Assembly (NCBI GenBank): GCA_002269645.1
Contig: NIVC01004852.1
Coordinates: forward strand, 1 to 33,321
Source: Macrostomum lignano
Taxonomy: Eukaryota
Length of the DNA stretch: 33,321 nt
Direction: 5' to 3'
Position 1 is the first letter of the stretch, and each line of letters opens with the position of its first letter. A program made the position numbers and the translations under genes. The notes below the pieces were generated by a model. That model made no database searches, had not been told where the DNA came from, and saw only the letters and a program-made list of their open reading frames with translations. Below, piece by piece: positions 1 to 12,248 of this stretch.

Positions 1-1660
1 CACTTCACTGCTCACCTGAAAGGATCACACTTCACTGCTCACCTGAAAGGGTCACACTTCACTGCTCACCTGAAAGGGTCACACTTCACTGCTCACTGAA
101 AGGGTCACACTTCACTGCTCACCTGAAAGGTCACACTTCACTGCTCACCTGAAAGGTCACACTTCACTGCCTCACCTGAAAGATCACACTTCACTGCTCA
201 CCTGAAAGATCACACTTCACTGCTCACCTGAAAAGGATCACACTTCACTGCTCACCTGAAAGGGTCACACTTCACTGCTTCACTGAAAGGATCACACTTC
301 ACTGCTCACTGAAAGGATCACACTTCTCTGCTCACCTGAAAGGATCACACTTTCACTGCTCACCTCTGAAAGGGTCACACTTCACTGCTCACCTGAAAGG
401 ATCACACTTCACTGCTCACCTGAAAGGATCACACTTCACTGCTCACCTGAAAGGATAACACTTCACTGCTCACCTGAAAGGGTCACACTTCACTGCTCAC
501 CTGAAAGGGTCACACTTCACTGCTCACCTGAAAGATCACACTTCACTGCTCACCTGAAAGGGTCACACTTCACTGCTCACCTGAAAGGGTCACACTTCAC
601 TGCTCACCTGAAATGATCACACTTCACTGCTCACCTGAAAGGGTCACACTTCACTGCTCACCTGAAAGGGTCACACTTCACTGCTCACTGAAAGGATCAC
701 ACTTCACTGCTCACCTGAAAGGGTCACACTTCACTGCTCACCTGAAAAGGATCACACTTCACTGCTCACTGAAAGGGTCACACTTCACTGCTCACCTGAA
801 AGGGTCACACTTCACTGCTCACCTGAAAGGGTCACACTTCACTGCTCACCTGAAAGGGTCACACTTCACTGCTCACCTGAAAGATCACACTTCACTGCTC
901 ACCTGAAAGGGTCACACTTCACTGCTCACCTGAAAGGATCACACTTCACTGCTCACCTGAAAGGTCACACTTCACTGCTCACGACTGAAAGGGTCACAAC
1001 TTCACTGCTCACCTGAAAGGATCACACTTCACTGCTCACCTGAAAGGGTCACACTTCACTGCTCACCTGAAAGGGTCACACTTCACTGCTCACCTGAAAG
1101 GATCACACTTCACTGCTCACCTGAAAGGGTCACACTTCACTGCTCACCTGAAAGGTCACACTTCACTGCTCACCTGAAAGGATCACACTTCACTGTCACT
1201 GAAGGTCACACTCACTGCTCACTGAAAGGATCACACTTCACTGCTCACCTAAAGGGATCAACACTTCACTGTCACTGAAAGATCACACTTCACTGCTCAC
1301 CTGAAAGGATCACACTTCATGCTCACGTGAAAGGATCACACTTCACTGCTCACCTGAAAGGATCACACTTCACTGCTCACTGAAAGGATCACACTTCACT
1401 GCTTCACTGAAAGAATCACACTTCATGCTCACCTGAAAGGATCACACTTCACTGCTCACTGAAAGATCACACTTCACTGCTCACCTGAAAGGGTCACACT
1501 TCACTGCTCACCTGAAAGGATCACACTTCACTGCTCACCTGAAAGGTCACACTTCACTGCACCTGAAAGGTCACACTTCACTGCTCACCTGAAAGGGTCA
1601 CACTTGCACTGCTCACCTGAAAGGGTCACACTTCCCTGTTCACTGAGAAGATCAAATTTC
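1..1660 (+). repeat. 27-bp minisatellite (CACACTTCACTGCTCACCTGAAAGG(G/A)T)n, truncated by the window start; probably intronic in ARIH1
   Basis: The unit is directly visible. It produces the 9-aa periodic ORF 613-906. Many units carry 1-bp indels. Confidence 0.97.
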
Positions 1661-1719
1661 ACTGAGCACTGAAAGGATTACTGTGAGTGGTCGCAGTTAA
1701 CTAAAGCACGGTAGTCACA

Positions 1720-2680
1720 GTTCACTGAGACACTGAAGAGAGGCTCACAGCTCACTGAGACACGGAGAGAAGCTCACAGCTCACTGAGACACGGGAGAGA
1801 GGCTCATAGCTCACTGAGACACGGAGAGAGGCTCACAGCTCACTGAGACACGGGAGAGAGGCTCACAGCTCACTGAGACACTGGAGAGAGGCTCACAGCT
1901 CACTGAAACACTGGAGAGAGGCTCACAGCTCACTGAGACATTGGAGAGAGGCTTACAGCTCACTGAGACACTGGAGAGAGGCTCACAGCTCACTGAGACA
2001 CTGGAGAGAGGCTCACAGCTCACTGAGACACTGGAGAGAGGCTTACAGCTCACTGAGACACTGGAGAGAGGCTCACAGCTCACTGAGACACTGGAGAGAG
2101 GCTCACAGCTCACTGAGACACTGGAGAGAGGCTCACAGCTCACTGAGACACGGGAGAGAGGCTCACAGCTCACTGAGACACTGGAGAGAGGCTCACAGCT
2201 CACTGAGACACTGGAGAGAAGCTCACAGCTCACTGAAACACTGGAGAGAGCTCACAGCTCACTGAGACATTGGAGAGAGGCTTACAGCTCACTGAGACAC
2301 TGGAGAGAGGCTCACAGCTCACTGAGACACTGGAGAGAGGCTCACAGCTCACTGAGACACTGGAGAGAGGCTCACAGCTCACTGAGACACTGGAGAGAGG
2401 CTCACAGCTCACTGAGACACTGGAGAGAAGCTCACAGCTCACTGAAACACTGGAGAGAGGCTCACAGCTCACTGAGACATTGGAGAGAGCTTACAGCTCA
2501 CTGAGACACTGGAGAGAGGCTCACAGCTCACTGAGACACTGGAGAGAGGCTCACAGCTCACTGAGACACTGGAGAGAGGCTCACAGCTCACTGAGACACG
2601 GGAGAGAGCTCACATGCTCACTGAGACACGGAGAGAGGCTCACAGCTCACTGAGACACTGGAGAGAGGCTCACAGCTCAC
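1720..2680 (+). repeat. 30-bp minisatellite (GCTCACAGCTCACTGAGACACTGGAGAGAG)n
   Basis: The unit is directly visible. It produces the 10-aa periodic ORFs (LTETLERGSQ, SCEPLSSVSV). Confidence 0.97.
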
Positions 2681-2730
2681 ATATAAGTGGATTGCTATCA
2701 CAGTCTATACAGGCAGCCTTATCTAAACAG

Positions 2731-2942
2731 GAGGTCTGCCAGATTGTCCAGCTACCCAGCAGGGTACTGCGCCTTCTGCTCAGCAAATACCGCTGGACAA
2801 AGACCTGCTGTGGAGCGATTCTACGAGCGCGAGCCGGAGACTTCCTGGCCAGGCACAACATCCCGGCCAGTCAGTGGCGGATCGTCGCTGCCGCTCCCGC
2901 CGAGTCGGCTCCCGCGGCACCGCAGGCGGCAGTGGCACACAG
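2731..2942 (+). CDS. ARIH1: ARIH1/ariadne-1 internal exon (UBA-like region), broken by four apparent 1-bp deletions
   Basis: Acceptor aaacag|GAG at 2731 and donor CAG|gttagt at 2942/2943. Restoring one base at about 2796, 2810, 2839 and 2864 gives EVCQIVQLPSRVLRLLLSKYRWDKDLLVERFYEREPEDFLARHNIPG...GSGTQ. This matches the ARIH1 UBA-like motif (LLxxxxWDKxxLxERY/F) and joins the next exon in phase 0. Confidence 0.78.
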
Positions 2943-3099
2943 GTTAGTGTGATTTGAGGTTCTGTGATGGAGCTCTGTGTGTGAGAGCTTCTTTGCGGGG
3001 GAGAGCGGTATTGAAGAGGATATCAAAAGCATGGCTGTTATGTGGATGTAGACAAACTGAAAGTTTAATACTGGTTGTTAGCTAATATACCGAAAATTA

Positions 3100-3345
3100 G
3101 ATAGGTTGGTGGCAGGTTGAGAGGTAGGTAGAATAGTAGACAGGTTGAGTGATAAATAGCACGGAATACAGGTTGAGAGGTAGATAGAATGATATACAGG
3201 CTCTAGTCAGCAGATAGAATGGTAGATGAGGTGAGAAGTAGATACAATGGTAGACAGATTGAGAGATAAATAGAATGGTAGACAGGTTGAGAGGTAGCTA
3301 GAATGGTATACAGGTTGAAAAGTAGATAGAATGGTAGATAGGTAG
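3100..3345 (+). repeat. Degenerate purine-rich ~28-32 bp tandem repeat (AGATAGAATGGTAGACAGGTTGAGAGGT-like), intronic
   Basis: The motifs tagaatggtag and acaggttgag recur several times. Confidence 0.75.
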
Positions 3346-3419
3346 ATCGCAGCGCGGCACCTCAACGGCAAGCGCAGAGCTCCCCATCAGCTGCATCTCC
3401 TCCTTCCCTCCTCCCGCAG

Positions 3420-3809
3420 ACGGTAATCTGTGAGATCTGCTGCCAGAGCCGGCCCTATAGCGGCATGGTTGGCAGCGGCTGCGCCCACGTGTTCTGCGTG
3501 GACTGCTACCGCTCCTATGTCGCTCAGCGGATGCTCCAGGCCGGCCAGTTCGAGGGCCTGCAGTGCCCCGCGTTCGATTGCCGCGCCCTACTTGACGACC
3601 AGCTGGTGCTGCGCCTGCTTGAGGGCTCCCCGAAGCTGCGCGGCCAGTTCCAGAAGGCGCTGGTCACCAACTTTGTCACCTGCAACCGCCGGCTGGCCTT
3701 CTGCCCCGGGGCCGACTGCGAGTGCGTTGTGCGCCTGCTTGACGACGCCGTGCGCGCCTGCCGAGTCACCTGCCGCTGCGGCAAGACCTTCTGCTTCGCC
3801 TGCGCTCAG
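3420..3809 (+). CDS. ARIH1: ARIH1 exon: RING1 and most of IBR
   Basis: Polypyrimidine tract plus ccgcag|ACG at 3420 and donor CAG|gtgaga at 3809/3810. RING1 ligands are CEIC..CAHVFCVDC..CPAFDC. IBR ligands are CPGADC..CRCGKTFCFAC. Confidence 0.93.
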
Positions 3810-3825
3810 GTGAGACTACGAAATC

Positions 3826-4480
3826 CGCTCCCGACCCTAGATCCGCTCCCGACCCTAGATCCGCCCCCGACCCTAGATCTTCCCGCCCCGATCCTAGATC
3901 TTCCCCCGATCCTATATATTCCCGCCCCGACCCTATATCTTCCCGCCCCGACCCTAGATCTTCCCCCGACCCTAGAGCTTCCCCTTGACCCTAGATCTTC
4001 CCCCTGACCCTAGAGCTTCCCCCTGACCCTAAATCTTCCCCCGACCCTAGATCTTCCCCCCGACCCTAGATCTTCCCCGGAACCTAGAGCTTCCCCCGAC
4101 CCTAGAGCTTCCCCTTGACCCTAGATCTTCCCCCTGACCCTAGATCTTCCCCCTGACCCTAGATCTTACCGCCCCGACCCTAGATCTTACCGCCCCGACC
4201 CTAGATCTTACCGCCCCGACCCTAGATCTTCCCCGGACCCTAGATCTTCCCCCGACCCTAGAGCTTCCCCCCTGACCCTAGATCTTCCCCCCGACCCTAG
4301 ATCTTACCGCCCCGACCCTAGATCTTCCCCGGACCTTAGATCTTCCCCCTGACCCTAGATCCGCCCCACCTTAGATCTGCTCCGGCCTTAGATTCACCCA
4401 AAACCTAATTACGCCCCACAACAAATCCGCTCCCACTAAAAAAATGTCCCACACTGAATCCGCCCCCGAACTTGATCCGC
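3826..4480 (+). repeat. 19-22 bp C-rich minisatellite (CCGACCCTAGATCTTCCC-like), intronic
   Basis: The core GACCCTAGA(T/G)CTT repeats with variable C-runs and decays towards about 4500. Confidence 0.93.
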
Positions 4481-4637
4481 CCCAGCCTTCGTGTAGATCC
4501 GCCCAATCCTGGATTATTCCATCTCTAAACCTGCTGCGCAGTCCCCGCTAGCCCACAATCCGGCCAGCCCACCGTCAGCGATTCCCCTACTCGCTCACCT
4601 AACCACCATTTCGCCCGTTCGCTGCCTCCTCCAACAG

Positions 4638-4882
4638 GACTGGCACGAGCCCATCAGCTGCTCCATGCTGCGCCGCTGGCAGCAGAAGAACGCAGGCGAA
4701 TCGATGAGCACGCAGTGGTTCATGGCCAACACCAAGGAGTGCCCGAAATGCCACGCAACAATAGAAAAGAACGGCGGCTGCAATCACATGAAATGCCGCA
4801 ATGCCACCTGCAATCACGAATTCTGCTGGGTCTGCATGGACGACTGGCAGCCGCACGGCAAAGAGTGGTACAACTGCAATCG
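4638..4882 (+). CDS. ARIH1: ARIH1 exon: end of IBR and catalytic RING2 (Rcat)
   Basis: Acceptor ccaacag|GAC and donor CG|gtgaga (phase 2). DWHEPISC...[37 protein letters not shown]...WYNCNR retains the catalytic GGCNH. Confidence 0.95.
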
Positions 4883-5019
4883 GTGAGACTTTAGTAAACT
4901 ACTGTTAGTAGCCATAACCTAAAATCAGCGCCCCCTCATTGGAGAACCAACAAATAATGGAATACATTTTTTAATAAACTAAATGTAGCTTTTCACCTCA
5001 GCCTTGACATCTCAAAAAT

Positions 5020-5960
5020 TTCCCAATAAGCCTTGATATCTAAGAAATTCCCATATGAGTCTTGATATCTAAGAAATTCCCATATGAGTCTTGATATCTC
5101 AGCAATTCCCCGTGAACATTGATATTTTAGCAATTCCCCTCCTATGAGCCTTGATATTTTAGCAATTCCCCTGCTATGAGCATTGATATCTCAGCAATTC
5201 CCCTCTCATGAGCCTTGATATCTCAGCAATTCCCCTCCTATGAGCCTTGATATCTCAGCAATTCCCCTCCTATGAGCCTTGATATCTCAGCAATTCCCCT
5301 CCTATGAGCCTTGATATCTCAGCAATTCCCCTCCTATGAGCCTTGATATCTCAGCAATTCCCCTCCTATGAGCCTTGATATCTCAGCAATTCCCCTCCTA
5401 TGAGCCTTGATATCTTAGCAATTCCCCTCCTATGAGCCTTGATATCTCAGCAATTCCCCTCCTATGAGCCTTGATATCTCAGCAATTCCCCCGTGAGCCT
5501 TGATATCTCAGCAATTCCCCCGTGAGCCTTGATATCTCAGCAATTCCCCCGTGAGCCTTGATATTTTAGCAATTCCCCCGTGAGCCTTGATATTTTAGCA
5601 ATTCCCCCGTGAGCCTTGATATCTCAGCAATTCCCCCGTGAGCCTTGATATTTTAGCAATTCCCCCGTGAGCCTTGATATCTCAGAAATTCCCCCGTGAG
5701 CCTTTATATTTTAGCAATTCCCCCGTGAGCCTTGATATCTCAGCAATTCCCCTTCTATGAGCCTTGATATCTCAGCAATTCCCATATGAGCCTTGATATC
5801 TCAGCAATTCCCCGTGAGCCTTGATATTTTAGCAATTCCCCTCCTATGAGCCTTGATATCTCAGCAATTCTCATATGAGTCTTGATATCTCAGCAATTCC
5901 CCTCCTATGAGCCTTGATATCTCAGCAATTCCCCCATGAGCCTTGATATTTTAGCAATTC
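5020..5960 (+). repeat. 32/29-bp minisatellite (GAGCCTTGATATCTCAGCAATTCCCCTCCTAT / ...TTCCCCCGT)n, intronic
   Basis: A block of 32-mers (about 5130-5470) is followed by 29-mers (about 5480-5730) and then mixed units. Confidence 0.95.
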
Positions 5961-6117
5961 CCCCCTCCTTAGTTTTTAAGACATTTAAATATTAAACTTA
6001 ATTTAAATGGCATTGGAAATTATGGGAAATTTTGAGTAAGGTTGTATCTGCCGATATGTATCGATAATGTACATAATAGCCAGCTGTCTCCCTGCACTCT
6101 GTATAACTCTTCCTCAG

Positions 6118-6643
6118 CTTCGACGAGGAGCGAGCGGAGCGCGTCCGCCGGCAGCAGGCGCTGTCCCGCAACTACCTGTCCCGCTACCTGCACTACTACG
6201 ACCTGTACATGAACCATTTGAAATCGCTGGAGTTCGAGGCCCGCCTGCAGGAGACGGTGCACTCCAAGATGGACGAGATGCAGTACCACGGGCTCAGCTG
6301 GATCGAGGTGAAGTTCCTCCGTGACGCTGTGGCCGTCCTGTGCAACTGCCGGCGGGTGCTCATGTACACCTACGTGTTCGCCTACTACCTGAAGCCCAGC
6401 AATCAGCAGAAAATCTTCGAGGACAATCAGCGAAATTTGCAATTAGCCACGGAAGATCTCAGCGAGGTGCTGGAACGGGAAATGCAGCTGGAGGATGTTG
6501 CCCAGCTCAAGCGGCTGGTGCAGGACAAGTTCCGGTTCTGCGAGACCCGCTCCGCCGCCCTACTGGATCACGTGTACGAGGGCTACCGCATGTCCTGCTG
6601 GGACTTCGAGTTTCACGAAGGCTTAAAGCTTAATTTGGCTTGA
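6118..6643 (+). CDS. ARIH1: ARIH1 terminal exon: Ariadne domain
   Basis: Acceptor tcctcag|C completes the phase-2 codon. YMNHLKSLEFE...SWIEVKFLRDAVAVLCNCRRVLMYTYVFAYYL...IFEDNQ...VQDKFRFCE is ARIH1-type rather than ARIH2-type. Stop TGA at 6641-6643. Confidence 0.95.
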
Positions 6644-6719
6644 GTAGTACTTCTCAGCCTAATGCTTGTCTGTGTACGATTGTTCAAAATATTGACACCC
6701 GATTGTTGAATTGAAATTT

Positions 6720-6725
6720 AATAAA
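6720..6725 (+). terminator. Candidate polyadenylation signal (AATAAA) for ARIH1
   Basis: AATAAA lies about 77 nt after the stop codon. Confidence 0.5.
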
Positions 6726-6785
6726 GTCGCGTTGGTCTTGCTGCCCGATTGACGATGTAAAAAGCAGCTTGAAAGGTTAATTAGT

Positions 6786-7308
6786 CCCCTTAGCAACAGT
6801 AGCTTCCCCTTAGCAACTGATGCATTCCCTTAGCAACTGTAGCTTCCCTTAGGAACTGAATCTTTACCTTAGCAACAGTAGCTTCCCATTAGCAACAGTA
6901 GCTTCCCCTTAGTAACAGTAGCTTTCCCTTAACAACAGTAGCTTCCCCTTAGCAACTGATGCATTCCCTTAGCAACTGTAGCTTCCCTTAGGAACTGAAT
7001 CATTACCTTAGCAACAGTAGCTTCCCCTTAGCAACAGTAGCTTCCCCTTAGCAACAGTAGCTTCCCCTTAGCAACAGTAGCTTCCCCTTAGCAACTGATG
7101 CATTCCCTTAGCAACTGTAGCTTCCCTTAGGAACTGAATCATTACCTTAGCAACAGTAGCTTCCCCTTAGCAACAGTATCTTCCCTCAGCAACAGTATCC
7201 TCATTTAGCAACAGTATCCTCCCTTAGCAACAGTATCTTCCCTCAGCAACAGTATCCTCATTTAGCAACAGTATCCCCCCTTAGCAACAGTAGCTTCGCT
7301 TAGCAACA
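6786..7308 (+). repeat. ~20-bp minisatellite (CCCCTTAGCAACAGTAGCTT)n with a 139-bp higher-order repeat
   Basis: The monomer is visible. The same variant triplet starts at 6806, 6945 and 7084. Confidence 0.95.
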
Positions 7309-7988
7309 GCCTTTATCAAGTCAGTATTGATATCGTTAGTTTCGTAGACCAGTCAGCCTGTTAATAATTGCTTGGCGCAGAAAATTGCGCAAGACGTTTT
7401 TCCTCTGATGACTGAAATTTCCTCATCGCTTATCTAACCAGCATTGATGATTGTCGCTTTTGCTCGCTTGCATCGTAAATATGACTACTAAATTAACTTG
7501 TACCCATCTCTTTTTATCCGTTTGTTTGGCTATATTTAATCCATTTCTCCCAGTCGTCTTTGCGTACTGTCAGTAGACATCAACGCGCACAATGTCACAA
7601 GCTTTTGCACGGTTAAAATCATGAGAATTTATCATTGAATGTCTGCAGTACTGGATAAACAGACTTCGCTTTCTTATTATTTGAGTTTCTCCCTATTGCG
7701 TGTCATCCGTTTTCACCAGTCGCTACTTACTTAGTAGAGATGCAAGTTTTATACAACTATATTGGAGTCTATAGCAATAGGAGTCTTGCTTGCGCAATAT
7801 AATATATGCAGAATTAGTTAATGTCTTCCTTTTGCTACTCTGCATTGGCCGCCGTTCCCTCGCTGTCTGTGCCGCGTCTTCAGCTGCTAAAAAAAGCTAT
7901 GCTAACATTTGGTTTTAATTTATACTGTGCTGACCCATCCCATTAGTATGATTTTCTTGCTTGGTTTATAACCAATCATACTAATTTT

Positions 7989-8778
7989 ACCCACCACCTC
8001 ACGCCAAACCCCTGCCCCAGACCCACCACCTCACGCCAAACCCCTTCCCCAGACCCACCACCTCAGACCAAACCTGGCCCAGACCCACCACCTCACGCAC
8101 GCCAACCTCTGTCCAAGACCCACCACCTCACGCCAACCCCTGCCCCAGACCCACCACCTCACGCACGCCAACTCCTGCCCCAGACCCACCACCTCACGCC
8201 AAACCCCTTCCCCAGACCCACCACCTCACGCACGCCAACTCCTGCCCCAGACCCACCACCTCACGCACGCCAACTCCTGCCCCAGACCCACCACCTCAGG
8301 CCAAAACCTGCCCCAGACCCACCACCTCACGCCAAACCCCTTCCCCAGACCCACCACCTCAGGCCAACCCCTGCCCCAGACCCACCACCTCAGGCCAAAC
8401 CCTGCCCCAGACCCACCACCTCAGACCAAACCTGGCCCAGACCCACCACCTCACGCTCGCCAACCTCTGTCCAAGATCCACCACCTCACGCCAACCCCTG
8501 CCCCAGACCCACCACCTCACGCCAACCCCTGCCCCAGACCCACCACCTCACGCCAACCCCTGCCCCAGACCCACCACCTCACGCCAACCCCTGCCCCAGA
8601 CCCACCACCTCACGCACGCCAACCTCTGTCCAAGACCCACCACCTCAGGCCAAACCCTGCCCCAGACCCACCACCTCACGCACGCCAACTCCTGCCCCAG
8701 ACCCACCACCTCAGGCCAAACCCTGCCCCAGACCCACCACCTCAGGCCAACCCCTGCCCCATACCCACCACCTCACAC
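7989..8778 (+). repeat. 31-35 bp C-rich minisatellite (CCCACCACCTCACGCCAACCCCTGCCCCAGA)n
   Basis: The unit is directly visible. The minus strand is G-run rich. Confidence 0.95.
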
Positions 8779-9504
8779 CAATTCCGATTTATTTTAGTGG
8801 TATGAAGTTTAATTTCCACAATAATATTTTTAATTGTAACTACTCCTTTGCAAATAAGCCGCCCTTTCTTATATAGTGAATAAATATAATTTATGCTTGT
8901 AAAATTACCCAATAACAGTTCAGTAAGTACTGACTCGTGTTTTAAATTGATATAAAATTCAAACACCCTGTAAACTGCTTGGCGTCTGATTTCGCCTCAA
9001 AATATGATTGATTCATATTGTTGAAAAAACGCACGTTTGCTGATATTCGCTTATAATTCTACTATTTTGTGTCAGTAGCATGCAGTGCGTATGCTACCCT
9101 AGAATTTACTTATATAACCATGTTTTTCATGCATAGTTGTTGCAGACATTCAGATTTAGTGTTTGAGATTCGTATCCTCATGCGCGCTCACCCTCCCTAT
9201 ATTGCTGTTAGCCTGTGACCTGTCGCTATCACCCTGTCTATACGCTGTACCCAATGAATATGTCTGCTTACAACCGGCAATTGAAACTTTCGAAGCCACC
9301 ATCCGACTCTAATTGCTGTCCATTGAATTAATTCACTTTTTTGTAAACCGAAAGATTAATAATTAGTGAAATATAATCATATATATACTGTGGTTCTAAT
9401 GGACAGCGGCTATTTGTGCCATTTTGTCTTTCCTGCACTTGCTAATTGGCTTTCACTTCCACCGATTGATTCTGGTTGCTGAATTTTATTGCCGAGTGCT
9501 CAAC

Positions 9505-10205
9505 TGGCTGCCTCTCCCTGCTGCACTCTACTTCTCTGCCTACCTCTCTCTGCCGCACTCTTTCTCTACCTACCTCTCCCTGCCGCACTTTACTTCTCTG
9601 CCTACCTCTCACTGCCGCACTCTACTTCTCTACCTGCCTCTCCCTGCCGCACTCTACTTCTCTACCTACCTCTCCCTGCCACACTCTACTTCTCTACCTA
9701 CCTCTCCCTGCCGCACTCTACTTCTCTACCTGCCTCTCCCTGCCGCACTCTACTTCTCTACCTGCCTCTCCCTGCCGCACTCTACTTCTCTACCTGCCTC
9801 TCCCTGCCGCACTCTACTTCTCTACCTGCCTCTCCCTGCCGCACTCTACTTCTCTACCTGCCTCTCCCTGCCGCACTCTACTTCTCTACCTGCCTCTCCC
9901 TGCCGCACTCTACTTCTCTACCTACCTCTCCCTGCTGCACTCTACTTCTCTACCTGCCTCTCCCTGCCGAACTCTACTTCTCTACCTACCTCTCCCTGCC
10001 ACACTCTACTTCTCTACCTACCTCTCTCTGCCGCACTCTACTTCTCTACCTACCTCTCTCTGCCGCACTCTACTTCTCTACCTGCCTCTCCCTGCCGCAC
10101 TCTACTACTCTTTCTCCCTCTGATTGCCCCACTCTGCTACAGTTCTCTATTTCCCTCTCCCAGTCCCACTCTACTTCTCTACCTACCTCTCCTTGCCAAA
10201 CTCTA
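9505..10205 (+). repeat. 32-bp pyrimidine-rich minisatellite (CTCTACTTCTCTACCTGCCTCTCCCTGCCGCA)n
   Basis: The unit is directly visible. It produces three overlapping periodic ORFs. Confidence 0.95.
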
Positions 10206-10773
10206 CTGGCTACTGTCTAGTTCCTCCTGTCTGCCCTAACCCTCACTCTCCATCTCCACCTCTACTTCACTGTCAGCCGCTCTCGTCACATCTCAGAGCA
10301 TAATTGAGCCGCACGGCTTCTCAAGCTTCTCTATCATGTTTGGCAGTAGTGACCGCCGGCGAGGATTCGCCCGTCACCCCCTCCCCATCTGTGCGGACAG
10401 CTGCATGCCTGCGGTCACCCTCATCGGCTGCCCAGCTCCCCTCCCCAGTCGGCGGCGGCAGCTCGGCCCATCGAGTTGAATAATTAAAACTATCGATTAC
10501 CGCCCGGCCTGAAGCCCCCAACTGGCCGAGACGCGGCCGCCGGAGTCGTAAAAAAAGCAAGATGGGGGGGGGGAAAGAAAGAAAGCAGCTTTTGCTGCTG
10601 GGCTTGGGTGGCCGTTAGGCCTCTGCTGCCTTCGTCCGCTGAGCCTGCTGGGTCTCGTTAGCAGCTCCGGGGCTGCTGCTTTCTGCTCCTTTTAACCTTA
10701 GTGGTTGGCAGCTGCTGCTGCAGCTGCTCGTCAGGCGGCTTATGGCCATGGTCATGCAAAAGCCGCCTGTGCT

Positions 10774-11228
<455 letters not shown>

Positions 11229-12248
11229 CCCTCTCCCAGTCTCTCTGTCTGCCTGCGCGCCTTTCTGTCTTTTTCCACGCGTATGTCTCAATCTATTTCT
11301 GCACGTCTCTCCCAGCCGCAGAAGCAGTTGATGAAATTCGCACCACGGCATTCAATCCAAAAACGGCAGCACAAGCGAAGCGGCCCCAGAGCTCCCATCA
11401 GATTCCTAGAAACAAACACCCGCTGTAACTTGCCTCTGATCTCGCAATTCCATTAGGACTGGCTGATTGCACCGGACAGTTCTCAGTTCCTAAATCGAAA
11501 AATCATTTAAAAATCGCTAATTGCCTTGTTTGCTCTGCTCAGGAACTTCACCGTTGAGATGGAAAGCCTATTCTCAGGCGGATCTCCATGCTTTCGTGTC
11601 CGCTCGATTTCCATGGGAAATCTCCCCAGACCCCGCTGTGCCAGCTAGGAGCGGCTTCCAGCTGCTGTGGGAGCCCGGCCTCCCCCCTCAGTCTCCCATG
11701 GCCGGCTCCGTCGCATCGGGAAATATTGACTGCAGGCAGCAAAAGCAGAAGACTCTCTTCTTCGATTTCCTGCAGCATGCAAGCAATGGACACTGCGATT
11801 CTGCCATTTCGCTGCTTCAAGGAGGGATGAGGAACTTTATTTCTTGGTGATGAACAGTTCTTGCCATGCAGCTAGCAAAAATTGCCCGGTTCTTTGCATA
11901 CTAATGCGCCTCTCTGCGGACTGCATCATCTTCTGTCTCTCACTGTCTGTCCGCCAGCCTCTCTAATTTCTGCTACGCAAGGCAGCTCGCATTATCGACA
12001 TTGGGGGTGAGGGGTTGGGTAGAGAGGCTTTGGGGGTGCGGACTCTGCATTGGGCCTCCCGCGACTCTCAGATCCCCTCAGGTCTCTCAGTCTGTATTTT
12101 GTAGCTTTTTTTAACTCGCAGATCTGATGCTGCTTTCGGCTGAATGCTGCATGGTCTGCGCAACTTGCTTTCGCTGACGTAAGATTTTAAATGTTTCACT
12201 AAGCGCGCTTCCGTTTACACAGTTGCAACTCCTACCTTTTTGTACCGT

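Noticed and set aside
613-2653. Long periodic ORFs in tandem arrays here and at 9424-10239, 10701-11428, 12223-13106, 19655-20412, 20862-21388, 22356-23078 and 23547-23952
   Set aside because: They are translations of stop-free repeat units in several frames or on both strands, with no splice context or domain similarity.
3826-4400. CCCTAG cores resembling telomeric CCCTAA
   Set aside because: They are embedded in 19-22 bp units and never form tandem hexamers.
2731-6643. Calling ARIH1 a pseudogene
   Set aside because: Three exons are fully intact with catalytic residues, and the lesions in the fourth match the window-wide homopolymer-deletion pattern.
10321-10773. GC-rich unique segment with short ORFs on both strands
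   Set aside because: No recognisable domain or consistent splice pair. It could be a non-coding exon or promoter, but the sequence alone does not support that.
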